Source: Sphagnum compactum (Eukaryota). From it: DNA of 64,000 nt. The first letter of the stretch is position 1, and each line of letters begins with the position of its first letter. Positions 37,789 through 51,654 of this stretch are shown here, piece after piece. The stretch lies in NCBI GenBank assembly GCA_965153455.1, contig OZ234494.1, positions 3,162,001 through 3,226,000 of the forward strand, read 5' to 3'. The translations under genes and the position numbers were made by a program. The notes under the pieces are model-generated. The model was not told where the DNA came from. It did no database searches and saw only the letters and a program-made list of their open reading frames with translations.

Positions 37789-38420
37789 ACATGTTCAATT
37801 ATAGAATTGAAGGTAGCTTGGAGTAACATGACTTTCAACAACTGTTTACTAAACATTATTACTACAATTGTTGTTATACTACCAAACCAAGACCGAAAGA
37901 TGATTAGATGGCAATTGGAAATCGTGTGCAACCATCGAATTTCTAAAATGTTGTTTATGAATTTGGTGAGAACTACTTAGCCTCAAGGGTATTTAGTTTT
38001 ATGAATGTTTGATTTTTTCTACCCAATATAATGGGTTATATTCTTCGATTTTTTTTGCCATGTGATGGGTGTTTTGGTAAAATTATCCATGTTCATGGTT
38101 CAGGAATGTCCGGAAATGCAACAACTTTAAAGTAAGCAACAAATTGATTCATTTCCAATAGTAGTTGCAAGGAGATTAAGGAACATTGTTGTTATTCCCC
38201 ACAATCCACTACACACATTAAGGACAAGGTATTTTGATCCATCTCCTCTCCAATTACCTGCCTTCATATTCTTAGTATCCTAAAATATTTTCATATTTTA
38301 CATTGTTACATACTCTTATCTTTATTTACTTTCCCAATAATAAAATTCATTGTATGGGGTCACTAGTGTTTATTGTAAGGGCAATATGAGATGTTGAAAA
38401 ATTGTAGTTTTATGTATGGG

Positions 38421-41148
38421 CACTACTACCAAAGTGGGGTGTAATTTACTAGCTTAAATCACTATGGGACCTTAAAAGTGAAATAACTTCATTGCATTTT
38501 ACTGATTTCACCTAGTGAAAGTTATTTCATTATAATATCACTATGTAGACATCATGTTTCATTTCTAGTTAACATAATTCACTATTACAATTTATTATAG
38601 CAAATAGGTTTATTTCTATGTTTTTTAAAATATTCTATCTATGTTACTTTATGATATACCCTATATTATTTTAAGTTATTTTAGTTATTCTAACTTATAT
38701 TTTATGTTATTATAGGATATTATAAATTATTGTACCCTAAATTATTATATGTTATTTTACCTTAAAGTATCTTAACTAGTTTATTTTAAGCTTTTAAATT
38801 ATTTAAAATTAAATTATTCAACTAATTTTAGGCTATACCTTAGGTTATTTTATTTAATATTAATATGTGTTATTTCAAGTTATACTTTAAATTATTCAAG
38901 GTCATTCTACTTAATGTTATTATAAATTATTTTATCATAAACATAATAACTTTAAAATAATCTAAAACAAAATATAATGACCTAAGGTAAAATAACTTAA
39001 AATAAAAAATAATAACCTATGGAAAATAATTTTAAATACCCTACAATATAATAACTACCAATAGCCTATGATATTATAACATAGAATATCCAACAATAAT
39101 TTATAATACAATAATCACCAATAGTTGTAATATAACATATAATAACCAACAATAACTTATAATACAATAATCATTAATAAAATAACCATCAATAACCACC
39201 AATAAAATAACCACCAATGGCTTACAACGAAATAATCATTAATAGCCACCAACAGCCATTAATAAAATAACCACCAATAACCATTATTAGATTAATCACG
39301 AATAGCCATTAGTATAATAACCACCAATAGCCATTAATACATTAATCACGAATAGCCATTAATATAATAGCCACCAACAGCCATTAATAGATAAATCACG
39401 AATAGCCATAAATATAATAACCACCAATAGCCATTAATACATTGATCACGAATAGCCGTTAATAAAATAGCCACCAGTAGCCATTAATAGAATAGCCACC
39501 AGTAGCCATTAATAGAATAACCGTCAGTAGCCATTAATAGAATAGCCGTCAATAGCCATTAATAGAATAGCCTCCAGTAGCCATTAATAGAATAGCCACC
39601 AGTAGCCATTAATAGAATAGCCGCCAGTAGCCATTAATAAAGTAGCCACCAGTAGCCATTAATATAATAGCCACCAATAACCATTCATATAATAGCCACC
39701 AATAGAATAACCACGAATAGCCACCAATAGAATAACTACTAATGGCCATTAATAGAATAACCACCAATAATTATTAATAAAATAACCACTAAAAAACATT
39801 AATAGCCACAAATAGAATAGGTACTAATAGCCACTAATAACTACCAATAACACTAATAAAAGAACAACCAATAGCCATATATTATAATTGTTTAGGATTG
39901 CCAAAAATAATCTAAGGTGAAATAATTTATAATAAACAAAAATAACTTAAGGTGAAATAATTTTCAATAGCCAAATGTAATTTATAATAGTTACAAGTAG
40001 TCTAAATTGAAATAATTTACAATAACAAAAAAAACATAGAATAGACAAAAAAACTTATAATAGCTGAAAATAGCCTAAGGTGAAATAAGTTAAAATAACC
40101 AAAAGTAATTTATAATAATTGCAAGTAGTCTAAATTGAAATAATCTACAATAGCCAAAAATAACCTAGAATAGCAAAAAAAATTACAATAGCTGAAAATA
40201 GCCTAAGGTGAAATAAGTTAAAATAACCAAAAATAATCAAAAGTAATTTAGAATAACCATAAATAGCCGTAAATAAGGTAGGGTGAAATAATTTAAATTA
40301 ATGAAAAATAGTCATATAATAATTGAAAGTAGTTTAACATAGGTAGTATTATTATATTAACAAAAAAAAATCCATTTACTAAATTTTATTTTTTTCAAAA
40401 GAATGGTCATTGAATTGTTATTGAATAATGATATTCAACTTTTTTTTTGTTCAAATGAGTTTAAACTTTCAAAAGGAAATAAATGTAATTATGTACATTA
40501 TTGAATATTTTTAAAAAGTAAACTCGAATCATTTCATTTGAACAAAATCTCAATAAGATATGAAATTTCAAAGTTTATGTTTTTGTAATGTTTAAAATGA
40601 AGTATTTGATAAATAGAATGTAATGTCACATATTATCACAACAAGTGGAGTGATTTGATGGTAAAGTTGTTAGCCCCATTCCAAAGGTCAAGGGATCAAA
40701 CCTCATGGGTGGTGTTGTGTGTGGTCAACAATGGTACGTTGACCGAATATTCTCCTATCGAATTCTTAGGTTAGATGCTTAGGTTGATTATGTGGCCTAC
40801 CTATTTACCTAGGTTAGGTTTTTAACCTAGCATAGGTAATGACATGTGTCAATAAATAATAGGCTTTAAAAATCATGAAATTATCAATAGTACTATATAT
40901 TACATAATTAAATTTCAATTAATTTCCATATTGGTTAGTTAATTAACTAGCAAGTGAATGGCTTGGTAAATTTGTATTTCACTTGAGAATAACCTTGTTT
41001 CATTAGGTACTAGTGAAACAAGTCATTTTCCATAGCAACTAGTCCCCGTTCACTAGGGGGTTAAATAATTTCACTAGGTAAAATTGTCCAAATTCACTCA
41101 AAAATCTAGTGAAACCCATAGTGAACTAGGATGCATTTCCTAGTAATG
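38421..41148. mobile_element. Non-autonomous CACTA (En/Spm) element
   Basis: Left end CACTACTACCAAA; right end TTTCCTAGTAATG (reverse complement CATTACTAGGAAA). GGG on both sides fits a 3-bp TSD. Subterminal CCTAGTGAAA / TTTCACTAGG motifs are inverted. Interior is AT-rich inverted and tandem repeats. Confidence 0.7.
39060..39880 (+). repeat. 25-bp minisatellite, consensus AGTAGCCATTAATAGAATAGCCACC, inside the CACTA element
   Basis: Near-perfect units at 39476-39675; alternating variants (50-bp period) at about 39275-39475; degenerate flanks. Confidence 0.9.
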
Positions 41149-41711
41149 GGGTTATTGGAAAACAATAGTTTATTATACTCTCAATATAGTGTCTTGTAAA
41201 AGTATAGAAACTCATGTCAACAAATTAAAATTGGTTTTTTTATGCATGTTCAATTGGGATTGAAGTAATTAATATTCACTGGACAGATATTAGTTCACTT
41301 CATGTTGAACCTTATAACATGGGGTGGCAACCTTAAATTTGAATGCCTAAAGCCTAACCCTAAAACCCTAGGGTTTCCACATATTTCATTGTAACGGGTA
41401 TTGCACAAGGTTCATTTTTTGTTCTTAAAGTTTAGTAATTCAAAAATTGTTTCTTATTTCTAGTTTTTTAAAGATTCTATACGCTATTGTAAATAGTGTG
41501 AAAATTTTCTTTTTGAAGTTGAAGAATCTCATAAATGTTTTGTGTTTCCAACTTTTCAAAAAAATCTACGTATCGTGAAGTATTTGGTGTTCAACTTTGA
41601 ATTTGTCTACAATTTACGAATCTTGGGAGTGTAATGTCTTGTCACCAATTTCCAGTTTTTGCCTTGTAAAATTATCAAAAAAATTTGGAATGTTTTTTTT
41701 GAAGTGGTAGT

Positions 41712-42437
41712 ATGGTAGAATTAGTTCCAATTGTGAGCGGGAAAAGAAATGCACCTCTCAACGTTATTTAAATCACCAACATTCAACAAAGAATGTTAAA
41801 TGGCTATTTTGAGGGTTTTATTATGAATAAATATGGATCCCACAATGTCTTCGATAATGCTTTCAAGTATATACACTATGATTTGACGAATGCACATGGT
41901 TTGAGGACAATAACCTTGATGTTTAGTTCGAATTTTGTCACTACCTTTTCTCCAAGACCAAATGTTGGGTCATTTATTCACGTTCAAAATTTTGGAATCA
42001 TTTTCAAAAACAAATTTGAATGCATGGACTAAGGTTTTGTCCTAAAGGTTGGGGCAAGCACCGCAATAGACCAGATTGATCCATTTCCTATCACACTACA
42101 ATTTGTTATAACCATTCCATACAAGAATTTATGTAGAGACAAGACTTGGAAAAATTGGACACTCTAAAGTTGTAAGTCTTCAAAGTCTTTCATTTCAGTG
42201 GTCACGAATGGTTTGGGTCCCAAGGATATGCAGGCCCTTTCCTTCTTTCACAAGTTTTACAAACATTACAACCATCTTGTTGAGTTATATAGCACCGACA
42301 TACCTACAACAACCCTCATCAAGAATGTTGCAAATGTCATGTGCAACGAACAACAATTGGTGACAATCTTTTCAACAATATTTTTTATTTTAGCACCTAA
42401 CGCACTTGACGATGATGCAATACAGAAAGTTGATTGA
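41712..42437 (+). pseudogene. Decayed ORF resembling an OB-fold/RPA70-like ssDNA-binding protein, possibly belonging to the downstream Helitron
   Basis: Interrupted frame ...YIHYDLTNAHGLRTITLMFSSNFVTTFSPRPNVGSFIHVQNFGIIFKNKFE..FVLKVGASTAI has a pattern like OB-fold beta strands. It lies upstream of and in the same orientation as the RepHel. Resemblance judged by eye only. Confidence 0.35.
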
Positions 42438-44899
42438 GGTGCATAACAAGAAGATTGAAGGACAAGATTTCACCATTAATTTCAAGCTACGTTAGATTTT
42501 CCAATTTTCTTTCTATGATCTTATTAGATTCTCTAGCTTTCATATCACAAAGTTGTTAAAATTTCAAATTGTGAATGTTGGATTTTACACTGAAGAACCA
42601 AAATTTTGATTTGCTGAAACATATAGCTAATGTTAATAATCCAATTATCAACAAAAAAAACTAGACATGGTTTTCCCACGTAGATTTGGTTTTTTAAAAG
42701 TCTAGTTTTGGTTTAAATGATTTAGAAGAATCTAAGGGAATTGGGTATTATGACACCTAAAAAAGTAAAGCAAAATGTTGTGGGAAGCAATTTGGAGTAA
42801 TAAGAGGAGTTGAATGTGTTGTAGTTTTTTTTCCTTTTTTTTGTTTTAGTACAACAATGTTGTTCACTTATCCTTTTTGCTAGGATGACATCTTACGAAT
42901 GGAGGTTTGCTGAAGTGAAAAGGCAATTTCACATTGGATTTCTTAATTTCAATATAATGTAAGAATTTATGGGTCATGACCAAAAGTATTCTTCTGATAG
43001 AAACAATACAATATGTCAAAAGGCATGCATATAAGTAGAGTATTTTGTATTGATATGATGTTTTATAACTTCACAATTTCAAATATTATTTTTTTAAATT
43101 TTTATTTAAGGATTTGTAGTCATTTCTTTCAGTTGACAATCTGGATTGAAAATTTGATATGATCATCACTATTTCAATAATACTTGTGGTTTTGCTTTTT
43201 TTGGGAAGAAGTTGCCCTACCCTATTTCTTTGTGATAGGAACCTTAAACCCCTAAAGCTTTGTTTATTTTAATTCACAGTGATTACTTTCACATACCTTT
43301 ACATGCAACTCTTTATGTTTGGATGTTTGTTTGCATGTTCGCTTGCTTTCATGAAAGTATCAATTTCACATACATACTTTTGAAAATTATGTCATTGCAG
43401 GTTGTTAAAAAGCTCAATATTCCTTTGGGGGCATTTTGCTTCAAGAACATCTACAATAGATGTCATCTGGCATCCATAACAAATCAAGATGTTGGATTAT
43501 ATTGCATAAATGTAAGTCCATAGTTCCAATGCAAACCTAAGCACAAATTACATGCAAAATTGAATAAGAAAATGGCTAGGAATTTGACTATGTTTTATGT
43601 GACCTTTGGATCAAAACACTTATTGATCATCAATCTTGGAACCCCTAAGGATTTCAAAAAGATGGAACGTTTTTTCCTTTAGTTGTTTTGTGATAAAAAA
43701 CCTAAAAGGAACTTCATTTTGAGCCCTATAGCTGAGGTCATTGGATTTTCTATTTTGAAAAAAGATGTGAACTAAGATGCAAAATCAACAGGCGGAGAAA
43801 AAATAAATTAAACATGAAAAGTCAAAAGAAATAGAAGTTGAAAAGTCCAAATTTGCAAAAGAAACCAAAAAAATGTGAAGTCCTTAAGCTCTTTTTAATC
43901 TATTTGAAGAACTTGAAAGCCTTTTGTGTACAAAATAGAAAACTTGTGGATTGTCGATAGTATGCATGCGCATATAAGCTATAAACCCTTTTCATTGTCA
44001 AAATTAAATTTTATACATTTTTAGATCTTTATCTTATTGTTCATGTTTTGAAAGTTATATTTGTGTTGTCGTTTTGCAGGTTTGGATTTCAACTCAATTT
44101 TAAATTTGCAACTTCTTGGATTGGAAAAACTTGAATATGGTCTTTTGGGAAATTTCCTTTGATACATGGCAAGTGGTGAAATATGGATGGGTCTTGTTGG
44201 GATTTTGTTGAAATCTTCAAGTTAAAACTTCTAACTAAAACTTATATAAATATCAACATATTTCAACATAGACCATGAACCCTAAACCCTAACACTTGCA
44301 ATTTGAAACTTTAAAATCAAAAACCTTAAAATTTTGAAACTTCAAATCTACAACCTTCAAATTTGAAACCCTGAAATTATAAAGTTGAGCATCGACAATC
44401 ACAAGTTTGAAACCTTAAAAACATAATTATAAAAGTGTGCACTATAAGTTGAAAAATCCAAAATATTAATACCTAAAACCTTAATTCCAAGTTCTTTAAG
44501 ATCAAAAGTCAAACAAAAGAACCAAATTGCAAAACCATAAATCCATAACCTAGAACCCAACACCTTAAGACTTGAAACCCTAGAAAATAAAATAAATTTA
44601 AATTTAAATCCAAAGCCAAAAAACCTCATAAAGTTGATAATATAGATATCAATTTCCATCACAATCCGAAATATGTTATACACATTAACTAAAAATTAGA
44701 TTTAAGATATTGCATATACAATCCAATATAAGTTAATACAAATTTCATATTGATCAATTAGATTTTAGAACATAATTCAAAAATATCATTTTGGTTTTTT
44801 AACATACAGAATTCAATTGAACTTTCAAATTGAAATTGTCATTTCATGGAGATTGATTAAGAATTAGCTAAACTTGGTTTTAAATGAATTATTAACTTT

Positions 44900-47800
44900 C
44901 AATATAGTGTTGGAAATTACTTATTTGATGTAATAACTTATTTATTAAAATATTCAATAACTTTAAATTCAATATAAATGAATTTTATGTTCCATTTACA
45001 AGAATGTTTAATGTTGAAATATCAGAAGCATTATTATGTCACGGATGTCAATTAAATTATGAATTTTTACATGATTATATCATGGGCAAGCAAATGACAA
45101 ATAAACATACATTAAAAAATGTCATTATCAACTTTGAATGGTAGATTATGGGGTGACTTCACTATTGTTTATTGGATATCACATTACTTGCAATGTCCAA
45201 TCTATGTTTGGAATAAGAATAACAAACACATAATGGTTAAAATACAAGACAAAACCAATATTGGGAATACATTGTGCATTGTATGGAAACAACCACTTTG
45301 AACTTGCAAATACATGTTATTAAATAATAGTTTATTTTGATTTCCAATTCAAAATATGTGTGAAACAAATAATGATGGCATGACAAAAAAATCCACTAAT
45401 ATAAAAATATGATCTTCATAACAAAAAATAAAAATTACATGGACTTTGCAGTTGGATAATATTTGTTGGAAATTCAAAAACAATATCATGAATAAATGCC
45501 ATAAAAGATTGCATTAGCATTCACAACCAAATTCCCAATGTTGGGGTTGAATATGTTGCAAATCAAACAACATTTGAAATACATCAACTATAGAAGAAAA
45601 CAACAACCTACTTACAATAATAAAAAAATTCAAATGAAAATGGAAAAAAATCAAATATTACCATTCCCCATGAAAAAGACCTAATATTGAAGATTTTTTT
45701 TTGGAGATACCAATACACAATATATTTCCAAAATTTCGTATTATGTAGAATAATTTTATGAGAAAAAACCTTTAAATAATGATATTGAATCAAATTTAAA
45801 AAAATATTTAGTTTAAATCATAAATTTCATAATTTTATTTGTTCATTTTATTTGAATACTTTTGATATAAATATTTTAAAACTCAATAGTTCACTAAAAA
45901 AAATGTTCACATATTAACGAAGTATCACAAAATATTAATAATACAAAAAACAAAAATGTAAATAAGAAAACTTGTAGTTATTTTGAAGACAAAAAAAAAT
46001 TCAATGGCATTCCCAAAAAACAAATTACACAAATAATGAAAAAGAAATCAAAAAATAAACATATCATAAAATATGAAAAAGAAATTCAAAACATTGCAAA
46101 ACATGTTTGCTATTTTTGTCAAAAATTATGTTTTGCGTACCAAATCCAATATTGAACTAAATCATATATTAATCAAAAACATTCAACCATTCAAATTACA
46201 ACATTAGATGATCATGTATTGATTTGTAAATTGTGTGAAAGGAAAATAAAACACAGTAAACCATTCAATTCAAATTTACGAAATCATATCATAGAAAACA
46301 AACTAAACATGAATTTTGTTTCAATGTTAAATAATATTGAAGTATGTTTGATCACACCTCGCCTTGCATTTGCATAGATTTTTCAATTGCAAAGATACAT
46401 ATAATAGAAAATACATGGGAGTGTTGTGAATGTTCCAACCAATTTGAATCTAGTTCAAAATGTACTATCACATATGCCATATGATGATTTATCAATTGTT
46501 CTGTTTTTAAAAAGGAAATTGGAATATAAATCAATATATATGACAAGTTATGTTCGTTCTAATATAGTTATGAAAACATTATAACAACTTTGTCAAATTC
46601 CCTTACGTTCATAGGTGCAAAATCTTTATAAAACCAAATTGGGAAGATTTCACAAAATTCACAAATGTAAGTAAAAACATTGATTTCAAATAGAAAATTA
46701 TTGAAAATGACATTAATGAAGAAAATTTTGACAAATTCAAAGAAATGCTAAAAGAAGACAACACAAATACAGTAATACATGACCTCTTAAATGTAGAACA
46801 CATTGTTAATGACAATAACAAATCATTAATAATCGCACCAAATGAAGGCTTTTGACCTCTGGGATTATTTTTAGATATATATTATGAAGAATACAACTTT
46901 TCCAACATTAGTTTTTGGTCATTCAAAACCACCATTGAAATGTTTGTATCAAAAAGTAGCACAAGCAAAATTGAATAACACAATAGGAAATTTTCATATA
47001 CCATATAATGAATATATTTTCCAAAACAATTAAAATCTTGATCCATGGCATATTATCTTCTACATGGATTCACATTTGAAAAGCAAAACTTTCGGGCCAT
47101 GTTTTGATAGCCATTGATGTATCAAACAATGTCAACTTAGATAAAATATTGAAATCTAACCTCAACTACAAAAAACTTGGACGTACATATGAACATTTCA
47201 AAATTATTTAGATTGATTTTGAAAAGATGTCTTTGCAATGATTAAACGCTTAGGTTTATAAACATATTTTTTCGTAACATTCATGACATGCATCAATAAT
47301 TTGCTTACATTTATAGGAGCGTTGAAACAATTGTACAGCAAAATAATAATGAAAAAAAAAATGGAAAATTACCAATCATTAAAGAACTTGCTAGAAATGA
47401 TCATGTTATTTGTGTGTGATATTATGCACATAGAATGAATGGTTTCTGATTTTTTTTTTAAAACAGTTCTATCATGTTTGGTGAAATACAAGATTATTTT
47501 TTGTGACAAAATTCCAATCAGGAGGTCTAGCACATGACCATGGATTATTATGGGTAAAAGATGTCCCACAATACAACATTTCTTCAAACGAACAAATTGA
47601 GTATTTTGTCAATAAATATTTAACAATAGATCAAATAGTCTTGAAAAATTACAAATTACGTAAATACATAAACACAAATGAATATATAGGAAAAAAGGTC
47701 AACTGATTTGTCAATTTGAATTTCCAAAACTTCAATGAGATGCACAAAAAATGTTATTACGATTGAATGAAAACAAACGTACACAAAACCTTTTTCAGAT

Positions 47801-50800
47801 AACAATTCAAATATTATTGAAAAACTTGTTGACATGGGGTTAGGCAACGAAAAGTCTTTCAACAAATTCTTTTCAAACTTAAAAATGAACAAAGATATTT
47901 ACCTTCTTGCATTATAATGCACTTTGCAAAAACCAACATTGTTCTTAAAACGTAAACCATGTGACATACTCACAAATTCATTCATTATACATGTAAATGG
48001 ACCTTTGCGGGAAGCAAATACTTATGCACAACACATCTTAAATCCATATGTAACTACAACTTATTTTACTTCTTATTTAACAAAAGTATATAAATTTGTA
48101 GCAAAAAAATGTAATCAATTTTTTTTAAATGTGAACATGAACAAATAGAAGCATTTGAACGAATTAAAAGGCTAGGAACAACATTCTTAAATGCACAACA
48201 AATGTTTGTGCAACAAACTATACACATATCATTATCAATTTCATTATATCATTCAACAAAATCATTTCAATTCATAAACACATGTGAAAGACATGGTAGA
48301 GCTTTCATTTTATTATCGCAAAATATTGTACATAATTTGTTTTCGATTTCAACTGAAATTCATCGTAAAATAATAGTCAATAAATACAAAAAATGACCTC
48401 AATCTTTGGACCACATTTCTCTAGCAAAATTTGTTGCTAAAAAAAACACTAAAAATCATAAAAATATAAATATAATAAAAAATTTCATTGGGGGTCATTT
48501 AATTTACATAAAGACCCTAAAAATCATTATGAAAAACTACTGTTAAGCTAATGTTCAAACATTTTCATGAAATAGAAACGAATTTTTGAAAAAATAATGT
48601 TTCATGGAATGATGCGTACATCAATTCAAAAATGATTATTAAAAACCCAAAAACAATTGTACATAATTTCAATGAAAATGGTGAGTATAATAATGAATGG
48701 GTTGATTGTAATCACAATTTAAAAAATGCACTAAAAACAAGAAATAAATGGATGGGAAAATCTTTTATCAAATGAAATAATTATTGATGCAAGTAGTCCA
48801 AAGAAAAATCCATTGTATTTACTAATATTAAAGGAATCAAACCATATGATTTAAAATATGGGAATAACACAAAAACAAAAGATAAATATTTGAAAATCAG
48901 ATTAACATATATTGATTCCAATAATGTTGATGAATGTTTATTATACGAATTATTCTCAATAGAAATGCAAATATTTAATAATGAACAATGAACACTTGTT
49001 GATGACATCGTTCTTAAAAAAAAAGACACCATAAAATCTTTTACGCATTTTCTTCACTAGAGGTGCATGAATAAGAAAAACATTCACATTAATGTGCATG
49101 ATTCAAAACATGTTACACTATTACATATAAGAAACACATAATCCCGACCCTTTGAAACCAACAATAGCGAAATTAACATACATAGGAAAAGTAACATTTA
49201 ATATTGACGGTACCACGATACATTCTGCACTTGCAATCCCAATAAATCAAAAATTCAAACAAATTTAAAGCATTAAATGATGAAAGATGCAATATTTCAA
49301 TTAAAACATATATTCAATTACAATTATTATGAAATCTCTTTAGTTGGTAAAAGAATGTTGTTGTTCATTGACCATAGATTATGTGTAATAAAACAAGTTC
49401 ATGACAATTTAATGGGTGATTTAGATGTTATATGTCAAGTGATTTTTACTAAACTCCATCGGTTTGAAATTCATGGATTTTTAAACCATGATTGGATGAA
49501 CTGCTTGGAACAAATTTTTGGAATGAACATGTAAAATATTATGAATTGAAACAAATCATGTGACAAAACAATACAAATTTCATTAACATTTAAAACCAAT
49601 TTCAAATAGCTTCAAAAATTCATGACAACATAAACTTCATTAACCAAATTTGTTTGAAAATGCCACCAATAGATACCACCTTGCCATATTTATTTTATAC
49701 AAATGTTAGAACAATCAAACATAATAAAAACACATTTTAAAACACACTAGGTGAAACATTCAAGTTCGTAGTACACGACATTCAATTAGACGCATGTCCT
49801 ATTCACTTTCAACTATTAGATATCTTGAACCAAACATCTAGACTCCATCATGAACTATTCTTTAAAAGACATATGTTAGTGGAACTATGCGTTGGAAACT
49901 ATCGCACATTAAATGGTCTTGTTAACAGCGCTATTGGAACATTTGTTAGTGTAATGAAACAAGGCACATAGTTTGATAATCTAAATGCAATGTAAGTAGG
50001 TTTATGGTCTGACCAGTAAACTTGAAGAGATCTTAAATGACATTGTTGTGTTGGTGCATTTGTCCATATGTGGCCTATTTGTGTTTTATTAATGGTTGTG
50101 TATTCAAATAACAAAAGTTTGGTTTTATGTATTCATGATATTATGTAATGTCGTGGATTGACATGTTTATGTTAAGACATCAACATTGAAATCTCCTATG
50201 ATGATCATTAGAACGTTTTGAGACATTTGTTTAATGATGGTTTCTAATATGCAACAAAAATAATTTACTTGCATTTTAGGTGGCTTGTAGACTACAATTA
50301 AATATAATGCTTCTCGTGTGTTACGGTTGAAAAATGCAATAATGAATTTAGCACTAACATTTGTCAATGAATTTGTTTGTCAAATTTACCATTTTGTCGT
50401 ATAGTACCATAGTTCCATGTTCGTCATAACAAGAGATGATGTTGAACTTTTTCGATGTTACAAGGTGCAACTTGTTATTTGTTCGAATCTTTTTTACTCT
50501 TGTTTCATTCAAGCAAAAAATGTGTGATGCTAATCAATTTGGATCTGCAAGGATATCGCAGAAGTGTAATTTTAAGGAATGAGTATTTAGGGATTGTATG
50601 ATTGTGAATTCTTCGTGATAAGATTTTTAAAACGAGAGTGTTAATTTGTATCATGCAGTAGTTTGGAGTTGATACATTTCTTGTTCAATAAGATGATCAA
50701 TTTGAAAAAAATGGAGACAATAAATATGAATTTTGTTTGTAACGAATTTGAGATAATGTTGTATATGTTAAACCATGTTTTGTTACACCAACAGGGTTGA

Positions 50801-51069
50801 ATGCTAAATGTTCAAGGGTTAAACCTTGTGCACGATGTATTGTGCGTCCTGCAACTAGTTGGACAAGAAATTGGATTCTTGTGATAAAGTGAGATGGGTT
50901 GTTACCTATTTATATTTCAACCTTTTGTTCAATTGGTGTTCGGTTCTTGTTGAGTGTAAAAAATTCTTTGTATATGCGTGAATTTTCTAACCTAGTGTTG
51001 AAACCAATGTGAGGATTATGGAAATTGATCCATACCCAAGGTTTTGAAACATTTTTTGTATATTCTTTT
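44900..51069. mobile_element. Degenerate Helentron-type Helitron (HLE2) RepHel: OTU-like, Zn finger/DUF6570-like, HUH Rep and Pif1 helicase N-part on +; helicase C-part and AP endonuclease on -
   Basis: Plus strand: GN(Y)LF at 44912, WGDF at about 45150, YGNNHFE at 45282 (OTU); LITPRLAF..GSVVNVP..LKRKLEYK 46324-46605; IAPNEG at about 46830; KFQSGGLAHDHGLLW at about 47510; decayed Walker A at 49047-49091; GTTIHSAL; EISLVG; GLVNSAIGTF ending 49944. Minus strand: TIHRAQGLTL at about 50820-50850; SLNTHS, CLNETR, VYKPP, IIGDFN, YWSDH (APE) 50590-49990. Confidence 0.85.
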
Positions 51070-51654
51070 CACGTACATCTAAACATTAGTTTCAATTTTT
51101 TTTTATAAAGGTGCATTTTTTCTTAAATGAACCAAATATGCCCATATGGATGAATCCTTGTGACCATTCCATAATCTAATTAAGGTGAAGTCCTTCAAGG
51201 AGTCCATTACCCAACAAAACAAACATCTTATGACACATTAAAAGTGATTTTCAATATTTCATATTCATTACATTCATTTCAATTTTTTGCCAAATGTTTC
51301 CATATTGTATTACAAATATTAAAAGACAAATTCGTTCACAAATTTCAAAATCAATTGATTTAGCATTACAAACGATGAAAAATTAAAACATTCATTACGA
51401 TGGAGGTGGCTTAGTACATAAGATACCATCATTGTGTACCTAATTTCAATAGATAGGACTTATTAGAATTTTTTTTGAATGTTTTCAAAATATATTATCA
51501 ATGTTCTTGATTTTTGAATTTCCAACACTTTTATGAAATATATTCTTAAAATAATAAATTTCAGAAAATAACCTAATTAGTGACTACACATATTGCATAC
51601 AATTACAATAATCATTACTTTTTGAAAAAAACCAAAATCCAAAAAAACCCTTCA

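Noticed and set aside
41345..41380. Interstitial telomere
   Set aside because: Only a few degenerate CCCTAAA-like units; no true array.
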